DNA of 64,000 bases from a virus: positions 1 through 64,000 of the IMG/VR virus record IMGVR_UViG_3300045988_148900. One strand, given 5' to 3'. How positions within the stretch are numbered: the first letter of the stretch is position 1; each line of letters starts with the position of its first letter. Positions 57,221 to 64,000 of this stretch are shown here, in pieces. A model generated the notes under the pieces. It was not told the DNA's origin, made no database searches, and saw nothing but the letters and a program-made list of their open reading frames with translations. The position numbers were made by a program, and so were the translations under genes.

Positions 57221-57251
57221 AAAAAAAGTGGAGAACATAAAAGTTCTCCAC
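57221..57251 (-). terminator. strong intrinsic terminator after the major capsid gene
   Basis: Perfect 9-bp stem GTGGAGAAC/GTTCTCCAC with a 6-nt loop, followed by T7. Confidence 0.8.
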
Positions 57252-57274
57252 CAAAAAGAAACCGTAAATTAGTA

Positions 57275-58780
57275 CTATACGTAACGAACGGTCAATTTCG
57301 AAATGCAATTGGCCTTGTGCAGCTTATAAGCTTCCATGCTTACCATCGACTGGCGAACGGTAACACCAATAGCTACCTGATCCGTCGGAACCAAAGGTAA
57401 GAAGATACCCATGTACATGACGGCGTCGTACCATTCAGGACCTCGATAGGTCATCATGACAGCATCGTCAGCCCTCCAAGGATCGTAATAGACCTTAAAC
57501 GAACCAAACTGACCGATCTCACGAGCTGCTGACCACTGAGCCTGATAGCGCACAGGCTGGAACCACGTGTTGGGCAGTGACTCAAGGAACGACTTCATGT
57601 TCTTGCCTACAACCAGACGGTTGCCCTCGATACGGCCTGACGCCAGCTCGATCTGCGTAGCATACTGCTTCAGCTGCTGCATCACATTAGCTGCCTGTAC
57701 GTCAAGAGAGATCGACGTCGACTGGGGAATGTTGATCGTTCCGGTAGCTCCGGTAGCGAACGTCCACATGGTGTCGAGAATGTAACGAACCTGATACTGA
57801 TACATGAGGTTCAGTACGCGCTTCGTGTTCTCGGTGCGGATGTCGGTGCCGAACTGCGACTTCTTGAGAGCCTCAGCAAAGATGGTCCACTCCATGCCGA
57901 TAGCACGCGGAATGGCACGCATCTCGACCTTCTCGACCTGCTCCTTGACCTTCGGAATGTTCTCCTGAATGGCGTAGTCGAGGTTCCAAACGTAGTTGGC
58001 GTTGATGCACGGAGCCGTCAGAGCACCACCTGCGTCTGCAGCAGCGATGAAGATACCACCCGAGCTAATCAGCATGTACGACGCCGGAGCCTGAGTGGGT
58101 GCCGAAGCCGGAACAAGGTTGATCTTGTCGCCTATAACGCCTGCGGGAATCATCGAAGCCTTCAGCTCCTGACCGTCGTAGATGTCCAGCTTGAACTTGT
58201 CGATGTAGTCGCCCGAAACGTTCAAAGCGAAGTAAGCTGTAACAGCCGTGATGTTGTTAGAAGCGTCAACCTCCAGCTGATCCGACGGAATGGTCTCGCC
58301 GAGAATCTCACCAGTCGGGTAGTAACCATTGATCTGACGCATACCCGTAGCGGTCTCAACGGCCTGACCTACAATCGTGGGAGCCTTGTTCGTGCCAGTA
58401 ACGAGTTTCGAGAAGAACAGGAAGGCAAGGTCCTGCGACATGTCCTGAACCGAAATCAGGTCCTTCAGTGGGAAGTCGGGATACCAAGCAGCAACGATGG
58501 GGAATACCTCCGGAACGTAGGGACCGAAGTCACTCATCATGTTGACCTGCTGACCACGAGTGGCGGGAGCGTCAATCGAGTCGCAAACCTTCTCGCACTC
58601 ACGCTTGAAGGTGTTCAGAATACCTGCCTGAATGCCACGATCTTTAACCGAAAGGGCCATGCCATGCTTCTTGGCAAAGGCATCATACCGATTCATGTAT
58701 TCGGTAATACGCTTGCTCTTACGAGTGAGGGCGATACTGTCAGTAACGCGACTCATCTCCTGTGAAATAATATCAGTCAT
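57275..58780 (-). CDS. major capsid protein (T4 gp23-like)
   Basis: Segments ...MRAIPRAIGMEWTIFAEALKKSQFGTD...ILDTM and ...YYDPW...MTYRGPEWYDAVMYMGIFLPLVP parallel gp23. It follows the gp21-like protease. Confidence 0.8.
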   Translation of the reverse strand: MTDIISQEMSRVTDSIALTRKSKRITEYMNRYDAFAKKHGMALSVKDRGIQAGILNTFKRECEKVCDSIDAPATRGQQVNMMSDFGPYVPEVFPIVAAWYPDFPLKDLISVQDMSQDLAFLFFSKLVTGTNKAPTIVGQAVETATGMRQINGYYPTGEILGETIPSDQLEVDASNNITAVTAYFALNVSGDYIDKFKLDIYDGQELKASMIPAGVIGDKINLVPASAPTQAPASYMLISSGGIFIAAADAGGALTAPCINANYVWNLDYAIQENIPKVKEQVEKVEMRAIPRAIGMEWTIFAEALKKSQFGTDIRTENTKRVLNLMYQYQVRYILDTMWTFATGATGTINIPQSTSISLDVQAANVMQQLKQYATQIELASGRIEGNRLVVGKNMKSFLESLPNTWFQPVRYQAQWSAAREIGQFGSFKVYYDPWRADDAVMMTYRGPEWYDAVMYMGIFLPLVPTDQVAIGVTVRQSMVSMEAYKLHKANCISKLTVRYV

Positions 58781-58818
58781 AAGATAAAAACTTAAAAAAA
58801 AATGTTAATAACCAAAAT

Positions 58819-59526
58819 CTAACGAACTCCAAGACTCCGACTAACACGGTCCTTCAGCCGCTCTAAGTCCGAAATAACCTTGCTAATGTCCGCCAATAAA
58901 TGATCGGGATTATAAGCATCGTCTACAGAATCTCGTAACTGATACATCTGCACAGCTTCTCTGAACAGCGGGGACGCCATAAGAGAATCCGAAACTTTCT
59001 CCAACCGAATATCCTCAAAGTTGGGCGACCGAACAAGATCCCATGTAATAACATAGTAGTTGTTCTCATCCAAGTACTCCGAAATGGAGTCCTCCAGATA
59101 GTCACCCAAAGCACGAGTGCTACAACCCGGACGGAAGCCTACGTCGACAAGAGCCTTGATAGCACAACCATCCTCGTTATTAAGCAACCCGCAGTCAATG
59201 TATGGATCATGTGAGGAATCATCAACCCACGCACGCAGCACAATATGCGACGCCTTATTCAAAGGAGTACGCATGTACTCAGAATCATCAAGTGGATGCT
59301 CAATCATCCCAAGCATATCACGACCCTCAACTCGCTGCTGAAGCTGAGAATCGTTCACCACCTTATCCCAAAAACCCTTACGATACCGATAACCCTTCTG
59401 ACTCCGAACGTCACTATGGGACGCCGCACCACGAATAATAGGAATCTTCACTCCCGTGGTGGGATCCTCCTTCGAGTCGACAACCCGGAAAGAACTGCGG
59501 TACGTAGATAAAACTTTGTTAAGCAT
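58819..59526 (-). CDS. prohead core protease (T4 gp21-like)
   Basis: LGMIEHP (His) and GFRPGCSTRALG (Ser) align with gp21 LGELNHP and GWIPGVSSRGLG. Confidence 0.8.
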   Translation of the reverse strand: MLNKVLSTYRSSFRVVDSKEDPTTGVKIPIIRGAASHSDVRSQKGYRYRKGFWDKVVNDSQLQQRVEGRDMLGMIEHPLDDSEYMRTPLNKASHIVLRAWVDDSSHDPYIDCGLLNNEDGCAIKALVDVGFRPGCSTRALGDYLEDSISEYLDENNYYVITWDLVRSPNFEDIRLEKVSDSLMASPLFREAVQMYQLRDSVDDAYNPDHLLADISKVISDLERLKDRVSRSLGVR

Positions 59527-59543
59527 CTCTGAAAAAGTTTAAG

Positions 59544-59557
59544 GGATATATAATTGC
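59544..59557 (-). promoter_or_regulatory. conserved 14-mer GCAATTATATATCC
   Basis: Exact copy, 17 nt upstream of the protease ATG. Confidence 0.6.
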
Positions 59558-59567
59558 TTAGAGTGTC

Positions 59568-59936
59568 CTAAGGCTGCACCGCCGGAGCAACTGCCCACGG
59601 CAAGTAGATAACCTGATTAATGCCCTCCGGAACAAGAGTCCCCTCGATAGCAACATAGCCGTCAGCCTCGGCCTTATAAGACACCTCCTCGCCCGACTTC
59701 AGAATCGCAACCGCACGATCCTCAGTACTCTCGTAAGCAACTCTCGAAATCGTAACCTTGAAACCCGCAGGAATGGCTCCCAGAGAACTCTGGAAAACAA
59801 CCGCCGTCTGAGGCTCCTCGAAAGTAGCACCAGCCTTGCCTGCAAGAATCGAAATGTTGTATGCCATAACGTCCAGCATAGCAACAGGCGACGTGAAACG
59901 ATCGCGCTCCATGCGCCGCAATTTTTGATCTGCCAT
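59568..59936 (-). CDS. head-associated protein, short paralog of 59966-60811
   Basis: Shares N-terminal RFTSPVAMLDVMAYN with TQFTSPVAMMDVIASN in its paralog. Confidence 0.6.
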   Translation of the reverse strand: MADQKLRRMERDRFTSPVAMLDVMAYNISILAGKAGATFEEPQTAVVFQSSLGAIPAGFKVTISRVAYESTEDRAVAILKSGEEVSYKAEADGYVAIEGTLVPEGINQVIYLPWAVAPAVQP

Positions 59937-59965
59937 AACTAACTATAAAATTAAAAAGTGAAAAA

Positions 59966-60811
59966 TTACTTCTTCTCGGAACCGCTATGCGTCGATGCAT
60001 CGACAACATCCGGATCCAACGACGCAACCTCCGGATCGGACTCAGCAGCAGAAACGGCATCCAGAACAACATCGATAGTCTGAGTAGCCGAAACGGTCAC
60101 GGTAGCCGACTTGGTAACATAATCCGTCTTCGAAACCTCGTAAGTGACCTGTGAACCCTTGTCAACCTCGATAGACTTCTGCTCCACGTTATTCAGTTTA
60201 ACCGTGGCATCTGCAGGAGTAGGATTAATGGTGATAGTCACCTTCGCAACAGGAACCTCCTCCAGAACAACATCAACCGTCTTGGTCGAATCAGCTACCA
60301 CAGAGCCACTCTTCGGAGTGTAGCCATCCTTAGATACCTCGTAAGAGACAGACGACCCAGACTCCACAGAGATAGATGACTGAACAACTCCATTCAGCTT
60401 AACCTCAGCATCCGACGGAGTGGGATTAATCGTGATAGTATACATCACAGGCTCCGGAGCAGGAGAAGCAACAGCAAAACGAGGCAACAAAATCTCCACA
60501 TTGACACCAGACGCTACAAGAGAACCTGTAATATCCTCAAAGCCCTCAGAACTGATGGTATAAGAGACTGCCGAATCGCGCACAACCAAAGCCTCCGCAC
60601 GCCCACCAACAGACGCAAACTTGTCAGACCCTACCGTAACTGTGTACTCATTGCCGTCGCCAAAAGCACGATGGAAAACAACAACCGAAAACAAATCCGA
60701 AAAGTCAACACCAAGCGCGGCGGCAAGAACCTTCACGTTAGAAGCAATAACATCCATCATAGCCACCGGAGAGGTGAACTGCGTCCGAATCATCGATTTT
60801 AACTGTGCCAT
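59966..60811 (-). CDS. head decoration / fibre candidate with two tandem PEGA-like domains
   Basis: ITINPTPSDAEVKLNGV...YEVSKDGYTPKS and ITINPTPADATVKLNNV...YEVSKTDYVTKS. The ATG at 60809-60811 was chosen because the track start would run through the upstream 14-mer. Confidence 0.55.
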   Translation of the reverse strand: MAQLKSMIRTQFTSPVAMMDVIASNVKVLAAALGVDFSDLFSVVVFHRAFGDGNEYTVTVGSDKFASVGGRAEALVVRDSAVSYTISSEGFEDITGSLVASGVNVEILLPRFAVASPAPEPVMYTITINPTPSDAEVKLNGVVQSSISVESGSSVSYEVSKDGYTPKSGSVVADSTKTVDVVLEEVPVAKVTITINPTPADATVKLNNVEQKSIEVDKGSQVTYEVSKTDYVTKSATVTVSATQTIDVVLDAVSAAESDPEVASLDPDVVDASTHSGSEKK

Positions 60812-60832
60812 AAAAAACAATTTTAATTTTAC

Positions 60833-60846
60833 GGATATATAATTGC
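60833..60846 (-). promoter_or_regulatory. conserved 14-mer GCAATTATATATCC
   Basis: Exact copy, 21 nt upstream of the ATG at 60811. Confidence 0.6.
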
Positions 60847-60857
60847 TACAGGCACGC

Positions 60858-60887
60858 AAAAAAAGAAGAGCCTACAAGACTCTTCTT
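60858..60887 (-). terminator. intrinsic terminator
   Basis: 8-bp stem AAGAAGAG/CTCTTCTT, followed by T7 on the minus strand (the first two Ts overlap the stem). Confidence 0.65.
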
Positions 60888-60907
60888 AAACAAACAAGAA
60901 CCATAAA

Positions 60908-61669
60908 CTACTTCCACCGACCAATAGCAAGCCACATGAAGGTATTACCTGAATTGCCGTACTCCGACTGAGCATTAGACAACCTCTTAATATAACGAGG
61001 CTTCATGGTAAAATAAGTAGTGTCAACAACAGCTGCGCTAGCTGACTCTACTGCAGAATCTCCAAAACCAGTAGACGTCGTATAAATACAATATGGAGTA
61101 GTATAAAAAGCCGTAGCGTAATATACCGAAAGTGACAAAACCTGACTTCCTAACGAACCCCAACAAAACATCATACCGTCAGGTGCCTTATAATAACCAG
61201 AAGGACCAAAACCCTTCGTTAAAGTAACATTACTCAGAGTGGTATTAGCGCAAGAGGTAAAAGAAAAAGATGTCCCTCTTCTAATTCTGTCTAAAATCTG
61301 ACTGTCCGTACCAGAGGCTAAACTGGCTTGAGTATCTGTAAAAGTGTTGCAGTAAGCAACTTTGGTTTTTGCCTCGTAAACAAAACCACTATTACTACCG
61401 GAACTATTATTAGCCCAAGCAACCCCAAAATAAGGCGCGTTATGAATAAAACGAACACTCCCCGTATGAATGAGACCAAAAAGACGAGAAATAAGATCGG
61501 TGATATTCTGATCCGAATCTAAAAAAGAAGACCAACCCTCCCCCTCACCAAGAGAAGAAGCCTGCATCGTCAAAGGAGCCTTCGCAGATACAGACTGCTC
61601 TAAAGGAGTCACCTTAGACAAAAGATCATCAATCTGAGGACCTGTATATGAGCTAACATAATCCGCCAT
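60908..61669 (-). CDS. virion protein, possibly fibre-like (253 aa)
   Basis: The 14-mer variant lies 19 nt upstream. The C-terminal ...FMWLAIGRWK is reminiscent of phage fibre C-terminal domains; weak. Confidence 0.4.
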   Translation of the reverse strand: MADYVSSYTGPQIDDLLSKVTPLEQSVSAKAPLTMQASSLGEGEGWSSFLDSDQNITDLISRLFGLIHTGSVRFIHNAPYFGVAWANNSSGSNSGFVYEAKTKVAYCNTFTDTQASLASGTDSQILDRIRRGTSFSFTSCANTTLSNVTLTKGFGPSGYYKAPDGMMFCWGSLGSQVLSLSVYYATAFYTTPYCIYTTSTGFGDSAVESASAAVVDTTYFTMKPRYIKRLSNAQSEYGNSGNTFMWLAIGRWK

Positions 61670-61688
61670 AACACATAAATAGTTTTAC

Positions 61689-61702
61689 GGATATATAATT
61701 AC
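61689..61702 (-). promoter_or_regulatory. variant 14-mer GTAATTATATATCC abutting the 3' flank of the tnpB element
   Basis: One mismatch (C to T at motif position 2). Confidence 0.5.
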
Positions 61703-61779
61703 CGACCCGCCAGCTAAGAAGATACAGGTCTAAAGCCTTCTTGCCGTACCACAGAATATTTAGGTGATTATATACAATT

Positions 61780-62958
61780 TTACACTGCACATATTGGCGA
61801 TTCTACGACATCGTAACCTCCGTCTCCACGCCCGTCAAACCGTCCCACCGACGGCGATAATTTTGCTAATCCTTCTTTTAGAATATTGGTCGCGGCGGTA
61901 AGATCCCGATCATGGATCGTACCACATTGCGGACACGCCCATGTCCTATCACTTAACGTAAAGCCATCGTTCTTGTAACCGCAACATCCGCAGGTCTTAC
62001 TACTCGGAAAGAAACGGTCGATCTTCAAAACTGTCCTACCAAGCCAACGGGCCTTGTAATCCAAGACACGAACGAACTCAAACCAACAAATGTTTTGGAT
62101 GGATTCAGCTAAACTGTGATTACCCATCATACCTTTCACATTTAAGTCCTCGATAAAGACGGCTTGGTTCTCACCCAATATCGAGTTAACCGTATGATGG
62201 ATAAGATTATTAATCAAATTGCGTTTCTTAGCATACAGCTTATTAATTTTTAGCCTTATCTCCGAACGGCGGCGACTGCCTTTTTGTCGTCGTGATTCTA
62301 TCTTCTGCAACCGAGAGATACGACGGTCTATGACATCCGCGAAACGCGGATTAGGTATCTTCCGACCATCGGAGGTGACTATAAAGTCTTTTAAGCCTAA
62401 ATCAAGACCGACGCACTTGGACTGACTCGTGATGGGCTCCGGCTTTGGTTCTTGAACACCTGTCTCCACAAGACAACTCGCCCAAAAGCGTCCGCAACCG
62501 TCACAACTAACCGTAACATTCCTAAGCTGACCCTTAAACCGACGATCCTGCTTATACCTAACCAAACCGATCTTCGACAGTTTGACGTGACGACTATCCT
62601 GATCGACGCTGCAATGAGTGGAAGGAAATCTGCAAGATAGCTTACTCCAATGCTTCGTCTTGTGCTTCGGAAATCCTTGCTTCGTCTTGAAAAACATCTG
62701 GTAGGCACTACTCATGTCGCGTACTGACTGAACCAAACAGACAGCGGGTACATCATACAACCACCCGTACTCGGACTTCAAGCCCGTCATCAAATTGATA
62801 CATTCGAACTCCGATAACGAGGTCTTATCTGTCTCGTAAGCTTTGATCTTAGCATCCAACGTAGCATTATAAACATATCGACAACAACCGAACGTCTGAC
62901 GCAACAAAACCTGTTGTGTCTTATTGGGATAAAGTCGATATTTATAAGTGCGCTTCAT
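61780..62958 (-). CDS. tnpB: intact stand-alone TnpB (IS200/IS605-family OrfB, RNA-guided nuclease family)
   Basis: MKRTYKYRLYPNKTQ, GLDLGLKDF (Asp), FIEDLNVKGM (Glu), CGCCG...CPQCG zinc finger, HDRDLTAATNI (Asp). No tnpA nearby. Confidence 0.9.
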   Translation of the reverse strand: MKRTYKYRLYPNKTQQVLLRQTFGCCRYVYNATLDAKIKAYETDKTSLSEFECINLMTGLKSEYGWLYDVPAVCLVQSVRDMSSAYQMFFKTKQGFPKHKTKHWSKLSCRFPSTHCSVDQDSRHVKLSKIGLVRYKQDRRFKGQLRNVTVSCDGCGRFWASCLVETGVQEPKPEPITSQSKCVGLDLGLKDFIVTSDGRKIPNPRFADVIDRRISRLQKIESRRQKGSRRRSEIRLKINKLYAKKRNLINNLIHHTVNSILGENQAVFIEDLNVKGMMGNHSLAESIQNICWFEFVRVLDYKARWLGRTVLKIDRFFPSSKTCGCCGYKNDGFTLSDRTWACPQCGTIHDRDLTAATNILKEGLAKLSPSVGRFDGRGDGGYDVVESPICAV

Positions 62959-63076
62959 GCTACAAATATAGTTATTTATTTACGTCTATGCAAGATGGTA
63001 GTGTAAAATTATATGTAGTCGCCATCTGAAAAACGAAGAGCAACACTCATAAGACAATCCTTTAATATCAACCTAC

Positions 63077-63322
63077 CTATTTATCAGCATCGAAAAAATA
63101 ACGCCAGCCAACAATATTTAAGCATCCAAAAGGAATCACATCTCCTGAGGCTGTCTCCCAGTAATCATTACCACGATAGAATCCAAACACTATATGATAG
63201 TTCCCATCCTTGTGAAGACGCAGAAGAACACGGGTATCAACGTCGGGATAACTATCAACACCCGGAGTATGCCACCGAGTCAGAAAATTATAGGCCCACA
63301 TAGCCCCATTCTCAAAATCCAT
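63077..63322 (-). CDS. hypothetical protein (81 aa)
   Basis: ORF track. Confidence 0.55.
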   Translation of the reverse strand: MDFENGAMWAYNFLTRWHTPGVDSYPDVDTRVLLRLHKDGNYHIVFGFYRGNDYWETASGDVIPFGCLNIVGWRYFFDADK

Positions 63323-63493
63323 GCTGGCAATTTTATTAGACCCACCAGCATAATCAGACGACGAGGACTTTAAAACGTCAAAGAAATCTATAGTATTAAA
63401 TTTATGTTAAAGCGAAGCTTACAAAAACCCGCATAAATTATAAAGATAAAAGTAAATAAAATAATCTTAAAATGCAAAACAAAATGAATAAAA

Positions 63494-64000
63494 TTACTTT
63501 AACGCGCGGCGGAAATAATAACCCTTCGTAGGCGAATCTCTATCAAGACCATACGCTACTGTAGACAAACCAATACCCATAACTCGAGACGCCTCTGATA
63601 TAGATGGAAAAGACCCATATAAAGAACCATCTAAAGTAAAAACGTCAACGTCAGTAGACCAACCATAATGATCCTTCTTAATTGTATGTTTAAGCCTATT
63701 CATACTCGTGGCAGCCCGAGCAACACGATTCGATATATCCTCTGCAGACGCACCCGGAAAAGCCCAAAGATAACCTCCAGCTGACGCACGATCGCATGTA
63801 CCCTCCGCACAAAACATAATAGACGCATTATCGGCTCCAGAAGCAATAGAAGCCTGATGATACGATGGATAAGAAGCAACAAAAACACCGTCTAAAGTAT
63901 ACTGATTGACGGCAACCTTCGTGCGATGCAAACGCTTAGGCTCCCGCAAGACTCTAACAGGAATGTCAATGTCATCTCGACGCCACTGATAACCACCAGC
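63494..64000 (-). CDS. homing-endonuclease-like DNA-binding protein, 5' end outside the window
   Basis: The reading frame stays open to position 64000. Repeated modules ending GGYQW / GGYLWAF / KGYYFRR resemble those of 55872-57161. Confidence 0.5.
   Translation of the reverse strand, partial: AGGYQWRRDDIDIPVRVLREPKRLHRTKVAVNQYTLDGVFVASYPSYHQASIASGADNASIMFCAEGTCDRASAGGYLWAFPGASAEDISNRVARAATSMNRLKHTIKKDHYGWSTDVDVFTLDGSLYGSFPSISEASRVMGIGLSTVAYGLDRDSPTKGYYFRRALK

Overview
This 64-kb window reads as one segment of a tailed dsDNA phage genome. Every supportable gene and RNA lies on the minus strand, so transcription runs from high to low coordinates. From the right edge, about 64000-29175 is a T4-like contractile-tail morphogenesis block. 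It holds a gp21-like prohead protease, a gp23-like major capsid protein, head-decoration paralogs, neck genes, a gp18-like sheath, gp19-like tube proteins, a tape measure, an M23 tail lysin, and baseplate genes (LysM/gpX-, gpD-, gpV-, gp25/gpW-, gpJ- and gpI-like). Mobile genes interrupt this block: an intact stand-alone tnpB, a free-standing GIY-YIG homing endonuclease and a second partial endonuclease-like ORF. About 29139-25192 carries an SF2 helicase and small genes, including a holin-like protein. About 25079-20642 is an ORF-poor island with six tRNAs, two aberrant tRNA-like elements, a tnpB remnant and three 430-590 nt non-coding blocks whose base composition is balanced. About 20614-111 is a replication and early region. 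It holds a DnaB-like helicase, a 1224-aa acidic protein, a stand-alone primase zinc-finger protein, a TAG-interrupted tnpB, a family A DNA polymerase with an intein-like insertion in its QGTAAD motif, and many small genes including duplicated cassettes. Two promoter-like motif classes recur. One matches the Bacteroidota consensus (TTTG-N19-20-TAnnTTTG, embedded in a roughly 32-nt conserved box) and sits in front of early-type genes and a tRNA. The other is a 14-mer, GCAATTATATATCC, that lies 16-23 nt upstream of start codons of virion, lysis and a few other genes, and also occurs as a 5-copy array. No Shine-Dalgarno sequence precedes the major capsid gene start, the one start examined for this. 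Together with the promoter form, this suggests a Bacteroidota host (inference). All protein family calls come from motifs recognised by eye. No database search was possible.
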